Of a stretch of DNA of 64,000 nucleotides, positions 31,402-40,711 are shown one piece after another. The position numbers and the translations under genes are program-made. Each line of letters starts with the position of its first letter. Within the stretch, counting starts at the first letter, position 1. This DNA comes from an uncultured Verrucomicrobiae bacterium. Lineage in GTDB: Bacteria > Verrucomicrobiota > Verrucomicrobiia > Chthoniobacterales > JAFAMB01. The notes below the pieces were generated by a model. That model was not told the DNA's origin. It did no database searches and saw only the letters and a program-made list of their open reading frames with translations. The stretch lies in contig CAWIPH010000002.1 in NCBI GenBank assembly GCA_963837955.1, positions 3,552,001 to 3,616,000 of the forward strand, in the 5' to 3' direction.

Positions 31402-32979
31402 ATGTTAAACTCGATACCCGCTGGAGGTTGGAATTACGATTCGGCAGCTCACCTCGCTCTGCGAGCAGGTTTTGGCGAACCGCCCCCTGAGCTGGAAAAG
31501 TGGGTCACCCAAGGGCTCGATTCCACGCTGGAACATCTCTCACACACGCCGCCAGGCAATGTCCCGCCTCCGGATTGGGCGTATCCGACCAGAGACGAAG
31601 ATCTTCTTCAGCGCATTCGTAATCCAGACACTATCCCAGATGATAAGGTGCAGCTGCAGCGTCAACTCAATGAACGCAAAGCCGAACAAATGGCCAACTT
31701 GGTTAGCTGGTGGACGCAACGGATGTACAACTCGGCCGCGCCGCTCGTAGAAAAAATGACTCTATTCTGGCACGGGCATTTCGCGACCAGCGCAGAAAAA
31801 GTTAACTCGTACCGGATGTGGCTACAGAACGAGACGCTGCGAATGTACGCACTCGGAAATTTTGGTACCCTAGTCAAAGCTATCTCCTGCGACCCAGCGA
31901 TGCTGGTCTGGCTCGATCTCGGAGCGAGCCAGAAAGAACATCCCAACGAAAATTTCGCGCGTGAACTGATGGAACTGTTCACCTTAGGCGAAGGGCATTA
32001 CACGGAAAACGATGTCAAAGAAGCCGCCCGTGCTTTTACCGGCTATCGAACAGACGGGCAGACACAGGAATTTCGTTTTGTTGCGAACCAGTTTGATTCC
32101 TCTGCCAAAACTTTCATAGGGAGAACCGGCCCGTGGCGCGGCGATGAAATTATCGATATTATCCTCGCCCAACCGCAGTGCGCAAAATTCATCGCAGCCA
32201 AGCTCTGGCGCTTCTTCACTTACGAGGATCCTGAGCCGGCGCTAATCGAGGCCTTGGCCAATAGATTTCGGGACGCTCGCTATGAGGTCCGGCCGCTGCT
32301 AAAAACCATTTTTGCTTCAGAAGAATTTTATAGCGCCCGAGCACGGAATCCAGTCGTTAAATCACCGGTCCAATACATCGTTCAGGCGCGCAGGACGATC
32401 GGCGTCTCAGCTCCAATGGGGGCGCCTTTGACTCTTATTTACCGGCAACTCGGTCAGCTCCCGTTTTACCCACCTAACGTAAAGGGGTGGGACGGCGGCA
32501 AAAGCTGGATTAATACGACTACACTCGCGTACCGTTACGAGTTAGCCCGAGAGCTTGTATATGGAGTGCGCCCGGAACAGGTCGGCCTGCCGAAAGCGCC
32601 TTCCAAGCCGTCCCCTAGCCCTACGGTGATGGCGAAGCAAATTCCCGTCTCCGCCCAAAAGCCTGCCAGTAGTAGTTCACCGACCAATTCACCAATCCCC
32701 AAATCCACGGCTGCGGTGATTCCACCACCCGCTCCGACGCCCCCTTTTCAGTTAACCGGCGCTTTCCCGGTCGGCAGAATTCTTACTGCGGATGATCGGC
32801 GTGACTCACGGCGCGCGCTCCAAAAATTGTGTCAGTACATTTTTCAGACCAATCCAAAACCGGAGTTCTTGGAGAAATTTGTTCAGATCGCCAATTCGAA
32901 ACCACATCCACTCGATGATAACTCAATCCGAGATTTGGTAGTCTTGATGATGAGCACCCCTAACTACCAGGTATGTTAG
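31402..32979 (+). CDS. DUF1800 family protein
   Basis: HLALRAGFG, EKMTLFWHGHFATS, NENFARELMELFTLG and PPNVKGW motifs. Confidence 0.9.
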   Translation: MLNSIPAGGWNYDSAAHLALRAGFGEPPPELEKWVTQGLDSTLEHLSHTPPGNVPPPDWAYPTRDEDLLQRIRNPDTIPDDKVQLQRQLNERKAEQMANLVSWWTQRMYNSAAPLVEKMTLFWHGHFATSAEKVNSYRMWLQNETLRMYALGNFGTLVKAISCDPAMLVWLDLGASQKEHPNENFARELMELFTLGEGHYTENDVKEAARAFTGYRTDGQTQEFRFVANQFDSSAKTFIGRTGPWRGDEIIDIILAQPQCAKFIAAKLWRFFTYEDPEPALIEALANRFRDARYEVRPLLKTIFASEEFYSARARNPVVKSPVQYIVQARRTIGVSAPMGAPLTLIYRQLGQLPFYPPNVKGWDGGKSWINTTTLAYRYELARELVYGVRPEQVGLPKAPSKPSPSPTVMAKQIPVSAQKPASSSSPTNSPIPKSTAAVIPPPAPTPPFQLTGAFPVGRILTADDRRDSRRALQKLCQYIFQTNPKPEFLEKFVQIANSKPHPLDDNSIRDLVVLMMSTPNYQVC

Positions 32980-33163
32980 CTAATTTTCGCAAGCGGTTGT
33001 AGTAGTCGTGAGCGCCAATGGGGCCAGCGCGTTGGAGCAGCACTCAGTTGCGCCCTGTCGACTTGCCTCAGTCGCCTGATTCAGAACCGACTCCCAGTTT
33101 CTATTTCGCGGAGCTGATTGAGACATCGCGCTTGTGCAAATCAGAGTGAATCGGCGCGGTCGC

Positions 33164-34477
33164 TTACTGACCAGCTGCTCCAAAAAAATGGGCGATTTCT
33201 TCCCACTCGATCGCGGTTTGCCGGCCCTGATCAAATTCCTGGATCATCCAATCGAAGGCTCTCCTGACTCGTGGATCGTCTTTGGCAAAACGGTCCTGCA
33301 GGCGCTGATGCGCTGCGAAAATGAGTCCGGCCAGACCAGAATCTTTAGTAAGTGACACCTCCAAGGGGCGGCCGAGTAATCGAGGCACGTCAAACGGCGC
33401 ATACATCCACCAGAATTTGTTGAGCCCGTCGGCGTGAATTCCGGCTCGCGTCCGGTGTGCATCCCGTCCGTAAAGCGGCGCCTTTTCCGGAATAGGTTGA
33501 CCAAGAGAAGTGTACAGCTCAGCTAGCTCGTTCAATGCCGTAAAATCCGGCTGTACTTCCGCGAAAAATCCCATGCCGATCAAATGCATCAGCACCAGCT
33601 CCAACGGCGCGTTGCCGGTCCTCTCTCCTTTACCCAAACAGGTCCCGTTGATCACTCCACAGCCATTTCGTATCGCGGCCAGACAATTAGCGGTAATTAA
33701 GCCCGTATCATTGTGAGGGTGGAACTCGAGATCGGCAGGCTCCAATCCTGCTTTGATTAATTCCTGAAAAAGTTTCGGTATACCTCGCGGAAGCGGAACG
33801 TCCTGATCGGGTAAGCCGAGCCCAAGGGTATCGCATAAGCGAAACTTGGGTCTAACGCTTTCCGGAAAACCGACGGATTTCTTCCGCACGGCGTCGACGA
33901 AGTAAAGGATAAAGTCGATTGAGGCGCGCGTTGCATCTTCAAGGTGCAGGCGCGGACGGATCCCGGTATCCAATACCATCTGCACCGCATCCAGATAGAG
34001 CGACGCCGCCTGGTTTCGTCCTCCCGGACTAAATTTATGAAATACGTGATAGTCAGAAATCGAAGCGAGAAGCCCCGATTCGCGTACGCCAAGGGACTGG
34101 ATCAGCCTTACGTCTTTGGTCGACGCCCGAATCCAGGTCGTTGGCTCTATCGGGTGACCACCCCGAAACATTTCTTGCACTTGCCGTAGCGCGTCCAGGT
34201 CGGAGCGGCGATAAACAAAAAACTCCGCTTGGCGAATGGCACCCGAATCCCGCGTGAATTGGCACAGGATTTCGTAGATTCGGATGCTCTGCTCCGTGGT
34301 AAGCGGCAATCCCCCCTGCTGCCCATCACGATGGGTAGTTTCTGTCACCCAAACTTGGGTCGGTAACCCTGGCGGGCGCGTCTGCCAGCTGTACTGAGGA
34401 AAAGTCTCCTTCGGAAACTGTTGTTCAAAATATTCGGGTCCCTGGTTGATCACCGGTGCCGAGGGTATCGCTGACAT
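33164..34477 (-). CDS. DRE-TIM metallolyase, Re-citrate-synthase-like
   Basis: VWVTETTHRDGQQG, IRQAEFF, TWIRA, SDYH, HLEDATR, CDTLG, FHPHND and GERTGNAPLE motifs. Confidence 0.8.
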   Translation of the reverse strand: MSAIPSAPVINQGPEYFEQQFPKETFPQYSWQTRPPGLPTQVWVTETTHRDGQQGGLPLTTEQSIRIYEILCQFTRDSGAIRQAEFFVYRRSDLDALRQVQEMFRGGHPIEPTTWIRASTKDVRLIQSLGVRESGLLASISDYHVFHKFSPGGRNQAASLYLDAVQMVLDTGIRPRLHLEDATRASIDFILYFVDAVRKKSVGFPESVRPKFRLCDTLGLGLPDQDVPLPRGIPKLFQELIKAGLEPADLEFHPHNDTGLITANCLAAIRNGCGVINGTCLGKGERTGNAPLELVLMHLIGMGFFAEVQPDFTALNELAELYTSLGQPIPEKAPLYGRDAHRTRAGIHADGLNKFWWMYAPFDVPRLLGRPLEVSLTKDSGLAGLIFAAHQRLQDRFAKDDPRVRRAFDWMIQEFDQGRQTAIEWEEIAHFFGAAGQ

Positions 34478-34513
34478 AAACCAGCGAAGTTCAGTCTCGC
34501 CTTGTCGTCAATG

Positions 34514-34529
34514 TTGATTCATAAATCAA
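34514..34529. promoter_or_regulatory. Palindromic operator candidate between divergent genes
   Basis: TTGATT-CATA-AATCAA in a 70-bp divergent gap. Confidence 0.6.
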
Positions 34530-34547
34530 TCTATCTTCCACTCCCCC

Positions 34548-35747
34548 ATGAAGATTCACTTAACCGCCGCTGAGGCAGCCGATTTTCTGAACGTCAGCAA
34601 AGCGACCCTTTACGCGTACGTCAGTCGCGGGCTCGTTCGATCAGAATATGGCGCCGATCAGCGTTCGCGTGTTTATCATCGCCTGGACCTCGAGAGATTA
34701 AAGCAGCGCAAAAGAATCAGGCAGGAACCCTCAGAGGAGATGTCGAGCGCTTTGCACTGGGGTAGTCCTCTGCTGGATTCCGGCCTCACGTTGATCACGG
34801 ACGGCCAAATGTTTTATCGCGGCAAAGAAGCAACCGCCTTGGCGTCCTCCCAAACTTTCCTGGAAGTCGCGACCTGGTTCTGGACTGGTAATAAGGGAGT
34901 ACCCAAGAGCAGCCGTCCGATGCACGCTCCAAAAGAAAAGCATAGAGAACCAATTCTTTCTTATCATGAAGGACTATTGCGAGCCGCGCTGACCGAACCT
35001 CTTGGGTATGATTTTTCGCCACCGAACCTGGTCGAAAATGGAATACACATCCTCTCCCTCTTTCTTCAAATATTAACCCGAAAGCCGAATCCCAGTGTGA
35101 GCCAAACGGCTCGCGAGCTGCGGAAAGCGTGGTGTCCTGGCAAGGCCTACGCCGAAAGAGTAATTGATGCGGCGCTTATTCTCTCGATCGATCACGAGCT
35201 GAACGTTTCATCTTTCACCGCTCGGGTCGTTTGTTCGGCGGGCACTAGCATCTACGAAGTCGTCAGCGCGGCGTTGTGCGCATTGCGGGGCAGCCGCCAC
35301 GGCGGCGCAATCGAGCGAGCGAGCAAATTACTAGTCGAGATGCAAGGGTCGTCCTCCGTTCGCGGGTTCCTCCTCCAGCGCATCCGAGCCGGTATCGAGA
35401 TACCGGGATTCGGGCATCCTCTTTATCCGGATGGAGATCCGCGAGCCGCCAAGCTGTTCGATTTACTTAATCAATACTTCGCGACCGACGCACGACCCTG
35501 GCTGGAGATAGTTACGAGCGCAGCCAAAGTACTGAAACGAAAACCAAATATTGATCTCGCTCTAGCAGCCTGCTCATTGAGCCTCCGTCTTCCACCGCAT
35601 GCGGCTTTTGCTCTTTTTGCTCTTGGAAGAACTGCCGGTTGGATTGCCCACGCCGCTGAGCAAACGCAAAGCGGAAAGCTCATTCGTCCGCGAGCACGCT
35701 ACAGCGGTCCGCTACCGGTAGACGAAAAGAACATCGATCTCCTCTAG
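34548..35747 (+). CDS. HTH (excisionase/MerR-like) - citrate synthase fusion protein
   Basis: LTAAEAADFLNVSKATLYAYVSRGL; DHELN, HGGA, GFGHPLY and PNID motifs. Confidence 0.88.
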   Translation: MKIHLTAAEAADFLNVSKATLYAYVSRGLVRSEYGADQRSRVYHRLDLERLKQRKRIRQEPSEEMSSALHWGSPLLDSGLTLITDGQMFYRGKEATALASSQTFLEVATWFWTGNKGVPKSSRPMHAPKEKHREPILSYHEGLLRAALTEPLGYDFSPPNLVENGIHILSLFLQILTRKPNPSVSQTARELRKAWCPGKAYAERVIDAALILSIDHELNVSSFTARVVCSAGTSIYEVVSAALCALRGSRHGGAIERASKLLVEMQGSSSVRGFLLQRIRAGIEIPGFGHPLYPDGDPRAAKLFDLLNQYFATDARPWLEIVTSAAKVLKRKPNIDLALAACSLSLRLPPHAAFALFALGRTAGWIAHAAEQTQSGKLIRPRARYSGPLPVDEKNIDLL

Positions 35748-35779
35748 GTGACCATCACCACCCGAATCGAAAGTAACTG

Positions 35780-36346
35780 TCAGAAGATCCAAGGGATCAT
35801 ACGTTTTGTCCGCGCCGCGTACTGTCGGTAATCCTCCCCAAAATTATTCATTAACACAGATTCCTCGACCGAAATGCGAATCGAGTAAGCCGTCAGGCAG
35901 CAAGCAACGATCACAACAAACCCGAGCCAGTTGAACGTCAGGCAGGCGATCCCGACCATCGCCAGCATCGCACCTGAATAAGAGGGGTGCCGGACTAAGC
36001 AATATGGGCCATCCTGAATAATTCGGTGGTCCTCCTGAATGCTGACATCCACGGTAAAGAACTTCCCCAAGTGGCGGATCGCCCACAATCTAAAGGCCAA
36101 GCCGGTAAGAATGAGCAGGTCGGCCAGAATAGCAATCCACAGCTTCTCCGGCCAGCGCAGAAAAGTGACTCTACGGGCCACGAAGAACCCAAATAAACAG
36201 CTGCCGACGATAAGAATCCAAACCCAGGAGAGGGTTCCCCGATCAGCGCTTTTTACTGATTGACGACCACGTCGTATCGCCAGCAAATAGAGCTCAAACG
36301 CCAAATAGGCAAAGCCAATAATCTTAGTGATCCAGGAGAAAATCAT
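35780..36346 (-). CDS. Isoprenylcysteine carboxyl methyltransferase (ICMT/PEMT) family membrane protein
   Basis: LGKFFT, GPY.LVRHPSY, RISVEE and YRQY motifs. Confidence 0.88.
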   Translation of the reverse strand: MIFSWITKIIGFAYLAFELYLLAIRRGRQSVKSADRGTLSWVWILIVGSCLFGFFVARRVTFLRWPEKLWIAILADLLILTGLAFRLWAIRHLGKFFTVDVSIQEDHRIIQDGPYCLVRHPSYSGAMLAMVGIACLTFNWLGFVVIVACCLTAYSIRISVEESVLMNNFGEDYRQYAARTKRMIPWIF

Positions 36347-36470
36347 TGCGTTAGCAGACCTAGGGCCAAAACCTAACTCCCCAGCTCGTCGTGTGGCGAT
36401 TTCTTTTCGTGTATTTCCCCCAATCGATGTGTTTTCCACTGCCGGTCTGGCCGTTTCACCAACGCGATCT

Positions 36471-36512
36471 TCCAGATTCTAGATTCCAAATTCTAGATTC
36501 TAGGTCTCAGAT
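36471..36512. repeat. Tandem heptamer repeat (6 imperfect TCYAGAT units)
   Basis: TCCAGAT TCTAGAT TCCAAAT TCTAGAT TCTAGGT CTCAGAT. Confidence 0.7.
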
Positions 36513-36535
36513 ACTGCATTATAGTTCCTCTCTTG

Positions 36536-39500
36536 ATGAATTCGATCGCTCCCCTTCAATCCGAAATCGAGCAGCGCGGACGCCAGATTTTTGCGCTCAT
36601 TGACAAGTTTCAGGGCAATTCTGCCGTCTTTCGCCGGAACGATTTCTATGGCCGGCTGATGGAGTGGTCGATGAAGGACGAAGCATTCAAGACGCAGATG
36701 TTCCGATTCGTCGACGTACTCCCCACCCTGACTTCGTCAACCGATGTAGTGAGGCACTTGGCAGAGTACCTGAAGGACTCGAAGACCTCGGTTTCGGGCC
36801 TCTTGCGCGGGGCGCTCACGGTTGGTCGCATCGCACCGGCCATCCCGGCAGCGGTCATCAAAAGCAACGTCACTGCGATGGCGAATATTTTCATCACCGG
36901 GACGGATGGGAAAACGGCGTTTCCAAACCTTCAGCAAATCTGGAAAGAGCGCGCCCGATTCACCGTGGATATTCTGGGCGAAGCCGTGGTTAGTGATCGG
37001 GAAGCAGACGAGTACGCCGGGCGCTACCGAGCCCTTCTCGATTTTCTGGCGGAGGCAACTCGTCATTGGAAGGCGGAAGAGCCGCTGGCCGCCACTGAGC
37101 CTCCTTTGGTGAACGTATCGGTAAAAATATCCGCTCTCTGCGCGCGCGTCCAAGCTACCGATCCCGCCCAAAGCATTCAAACAATTCTGCAACGGCTCCG
37201 GCCCATAGTCTCGCGGGCCCGCGAACTCGGCGCGTTTATCAACCTGGACATGGAACACTACGGCCTTAAGCAGTTGACCCTTGATCTCTTTAAACAGCTC
37301 GAAGAAGAATTTTCCGGGTATTCGCAGCTTGGGTTGGTGATTCAAGCGTATCTCCGAGATTCTTCAGCAGACGCCGAAGCATTGTTGGAATGGAGTCGAA
37401 GAACTGGACGTCGATTTACTGTCCGACTGGTAAAAGGAGCTTATTGGGATTTTGAAAAAGTGATTGCGGCTCAGCGGACCTGGAAAGTTCCCGTCTACCT
37501 GGCGAAATCCGAGACCGACGCGAACTACGAGAAGGTCACTCGGTTGCTTCTGGAGAATCAGGAAACGGTTTATCCGGCATTTGCTTCCCACAACGTCCGC
37601 AGCATTGCGCACGCGATGGTGTACGCGGAAAAGCTGGGTTTGCGGCCGGGCGATTACGAGTTTCAGATGTTATACGGCATGGCCACACCGATCCGGCGCG
37701 CTCTGGTTGAGCTTGGACATCGCGTTCGCGAATATTGTCCTATCGGCGAACTGGTCCCGGGTATGGCTTATCTCGTGCGGCGGCTTTTGGAGAACACTTC
37801 CAACGAAGGCTTTCTCCGAGCTAAATTCAGCGCGAACACGTCGATTACAAAACTACTGGAGGATCCGGCCGCTATCGTTGCAGAAGAACCGGAACGTACG
37901 GAACCGGCGTTTGTTCAACCGAGATTTGTCAATGAGCCTCCGCTTGATTTCGCGCTTGAAGCCGCCCGGAATAAGATGAGCGAGGCGATCGCAAAAGTGC
38001 GCCAGCAGTTGGGTCGATACTATCCGCTAATGATTGGGGGAAGGCCGGTGAAAACGGAAGGATCACTCAATTCCGTCAATCCTGCGCTCCCCAATCAAAT
38101 CGTAGGTTCGGTCGGGGCGGGCGGCAAGGAAGAGGTGGTGGCAGCAGTGCAGGCCGCCCGGACTGCGTTCCCGCGTTGGAGCCGGCTCTCTATGGAAGAA
38201 CGAGCCAACTTTCTGGATCGCGTCGCGGACCGCCTGCAGCAACGTCGACACGAACTCGCCGCCTGGCAGGTTTTTGAAGTTGGCAAAACTTGGATTGAGG
38301 CCGACGGCGATGTGATCGAAGCGATCGATTTCTGTCGTTTCTATGCGGAAGAAGCTCGCCGGCTAGGTCGAGGCCGGTTAACTCAGGATGTGGCCGGCGA
38401 AGTGAGCCTGGAGAGCTACATCCCCCGTGGGGTGAGCGCAATTATCGCCCCGTGGAACTTTCCTCTCGCCATCCTTTGTGGAATGACTGCTGCCGCGCTC
38501 GTTACGGGAAATACGGTCGTGATTAAGCCGGCTGAACAGTCGTCCGTTATCGGTGCGCTATTCATGGAGGTTCTGCAAGAGTCAGGTCTGCCGGACGGCG
38601 TCGCGAATCTATTGACCGGCACTGGAGAGGAGGTGGGCTCTTATCTCGTCGCCCATCCTGATATCGATCTCATCGCTTTCACCGGGTCGCGAGAAGTGGG
38701 AACGATGATTTGGCAAATCGCCGGTGTCACTCATCAGGGTCAACGCAACTTAAGGAAAGTGATTTGTGAAATGGGCGGAAAGAACGCGATGATCATCGAC
38801 AGTGATGCCGACCTCGATGAAGCAGTGCTTGGAATCGTTCATTCTGCCTTTGGTTTTCAGGGCCAAAAGTGTTCTGCTCTCTCCCGTTTGATTCCCGTCG
38901 GTAAAGCGACGGAGCGACTTTTGCCTAGGTTGGTTGAGGCCGCCGCAGCCCTGAGAATTGGCCTGCCGGAGGAACCAGGCACCGACATCGGTCCGGTAAT
39001 CGATGCAGCGGCCAAAAACAAGATCGAAACCTATCTGGCGCTCGGACGAAAAGAGCACCGGATCGCCTTTGAAGCGAAGCTTCCAGCAGATCTGTCAGGC
39101 TATTTTGTTCCGCCGACTATATTTACTCAGGTTCCGGTGGGTGCCCGACTGGCCCAGGAAGAGATTTTTGGACCAGTGCTTGCCGTGACCCCGGCACGCG
39201 ATTTAGACGAGGCCTTGGAATTCGCAAATTCTACCGAGTTTGCTCTAACCGGTGGGCTTTACTCCCGCAGTCCGCAAAATATCGAAAAGGTTCGTAGGTC
39301 TTTCAACGTAGGCAACCTTTACATCAATCGAGGCATAACCGGCGCTATTGTTGGTCGCCACCCTTTTGGCGGATTTCTGATGTCCGGCGGAGGTACGAAG
39401 GCCGGTGGACGCGATTACCTACTTCAATTCACTTTCCCGCGAGTGGTCACGGAAAACACCTTGCGCCGCGGCTTTGCTCCAGAAACCGATCTGGCAACTC

Positions 39501-39547
39501 AGACGGATGGAGCTGTGGGAAGTCGGAAGCTGGAGGTTCCCGCCTAG
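36536..39547 (+). CDS. putA: Bifunctional proline dehydrogenase / P5C dehydrogenase
   Basis: FRFVD, DILGE, RLVKGAYWD, FASHN and VRRLLEN motifs; ALDH half with PWNFP, EMGGKN, GQKCSA and EEIFGP. Confidence 0.96.
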   Translation: MNSIAPLQSEIEQRGRQIFALIDKFQGNSAVFRRNDFYGRLMEWSMKDEAFKTQMFRFVDVLPTLTSSTDVVRHLAEYLKDSKTSVSGLLRGALTVGRIAPAIPAAVIKSNVTAMANIFITGTDGKTAFPNLQQIWKERARFTVDILGEAVVSDREADEYAGRYRALLDFLAEATRHWKAEEPLAATEPPLVNVSVKISALCARVQATDPAQSIQTILQRLRPIVSRARELGAFINLDMEHYGLKQLTLDLFKQLEEEFSGYSQLGLVIQAYLRDSSADAEALLEWSRRTGRRFTVRLVKGAYWDFEKVIAAQRTWKVPVYLAKSETDANYEKVTRLLLENQETVYPAFASHNVRSIAHAMVYAEKLGLRPGDYEFQMLYGMATPIRRALVELGHRVREYCPIGELVPGMAYLVRRLLENTSNEGFLRAKFSANTSITKLLEDPAAIVAEEPERTEPAFVQPRFVNEPPLDFALEAARNKMSEAIAKVRQQLGRYYPLMIGGRPVKTEGSLNSVNPALPNQIVGSVGAGGKEEVVAAVQAARTAFPRWSRLSMEERANFLDRVADRLQQRRHELAAWQVFEVGKTWIEADGDVIEAIDFCRFYAEEARRLGRGRLTQDVAGEVSLESYIPRGVSAIIAPWNFPLAILCGMTAAALVTGNTVVIKPAEQSSVIGALFMEVLQESGLPDGVANLLTGTGEEVGSYLVAHPDIDLIAFTGSREVGTMIWQIAGVTHQGQRNLRKVICEMGGKNAMIIDSDADLDEAVLGIVHSAFGFQGQKCSALSRLIPVGKATERLLPRLVEAAAALRIGLPEEPGTDIGPVIDAAAKNKIETYLALGRKEHRIAFEAKLPADLSGYFVPPTIFTQVPVGARLAQEEIFGPVLAVTPARDLDEALEFANSTEFALTGGLYSRSPQNIEKVRRSFNVGNLYINRGITGAIVGRHPFGGFLMSGGGTKAGGRDYLLQFTFPRVVTENTLRRGFAPETDLATQTDGAVGSRKLEVPA

Positions 39548-39574
39548 AGGCTGGCTATTCGGGGTTGGTTCAAG

Positions 39575-39982
39575 ATGGTTTACATGCGCAGTCGAGCATT
39601 TACCTCTACCTTGAGTTCGTTGCTGATACTGTTTGGTAGTTCATCGGTTATGGCCGATGTCTGCGACGACTATAGTCGTCTGGTCGATCAGCATATCGCC
39701 GCGGTTCGTTCGATCGGTCAGCAGGCGGAGGCTGCCAATGACGCGAAGAGTGCTGCTGACGTGATCCGACAATGTCAGGAAGAGAAGACGAATTGGCAAA
39801 GAGCGTTGGCGCCAATCAATCGCGAGCTCTCACAGCGATACCGCTCAAACATAGAGCCTGATCGGTGCCAGGATACGGATGAAAGGGCCTCCGCGTTTTT
39901 TCGAGAAGAGATCCTGGTTGATGCCAAAGTTGCGCAGCTAGCGGCCAAATACGGAACCCAGGAGTTGGGAGCTAATAAATAG
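39575..39982 (+). CDS. Hypothetical secreted helical protein
   Basis: Signal-like N-terminus; fills the gap after putA. Confidence 0.55.
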   Translation: MVYMRSRAFTSTLSSLLILFGSSSVMADVCDDYSRLVDQHIAAVRSIGQQAEAANDAKSAADVIRQCQEEKTNWQRALAPINRELSQRYRSNIEPDRCQDTDERASAFFREEILVDAKVAQLAAKYGTQELGANK

Positions 39983-40093
39983 CCATTAGCAAAGATCGAG
40001 ATGGCAAGGGCTCAGAGTCCGGAGCTTTGACGTGTCGTCCTACCACGCGTGGCTTAGCCAGACGAATGACCTTGCCGGTCTCGAACGGTATGC

Positions 40094-40711
40094 CTATTTG
40101 CCAGACGATATTTTATAGTCGCTCAACCGCGCGATCCCTCTTTCGGGGTACCGAAACAGCCAAAGCAGATGACCGGCCAGCGCAAGCTTCGCCAGGATAA
40201 ATCCACACGCGAGAACAAACAAAAGGCCCGGATCCAGTTCCGTTGCTCCAGCCTGATTGGCCCTAACCGCCTCGTAAATGAAAATAGCGTCGGCGACAAA
40301 TTTTACTGCGCCCAGAAGGTAAATTCTGGACACGATCATATCCAATGTCTGTTCGCGCCGTTCCGGGGCCATCCAGTAGTCACGATTGGGAATCTGTACA
40401 AAAGTTTCCGGTCTGGTTCTTACTAGCCGGATCGATATGAGCGCAGCGACGGCGATAGCGGCGGGAATAGCCCCTGAAATCAGGACGAAAATCCACTTGG
40501 GTCCCTCCGCCGCGAAATGCGTCCAGGAAGGAAAATGGGCGTGTACTCGTTCCGGCAATCGATGGTAAGCCCAGAATAACTCAACAAAACAGGTCGCGAG
40601 CGTCAGGATAAAAAGCAACGCGGCGAAGCGAGTCAACCGGCGGTGGACCTTCGGACTTTCATCCTGCACCAGAGTGTTTAGCAGCATGTGAGGGGGGAAC
40701 ACATAGTGCAC
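40094..40711 (-). CDS. Membrane protein, DUF1648-like
   Basis: LPERVHAHF and IPNRDYW motifs; four hydrophobic segments; start uncertain. Confidence 0.7.
   Translation of the reverse strand: MHYVFPPHMLLNTLVQDESPKVHRRLTRFAALLFILTLATCFVELFWAYHRLPERVHAHFPSWTHFAAEGPKWIFVLISGAIPAAIAVAALISIRLVRTRPETFVQIPNRDYWMAPERREQTLDMIVSRIYLLGAVKFVADAIFIYEAVRANQAGATELDPGLLFVLACGFILAKLALAGHLLWLFRYPERGIARLSDYKISSGK

Noticed and set aside
34514..34529. FNR box
   Set aside because: The TTGAT/ATCAA spacer is 6 nt, not the 4 nt required.
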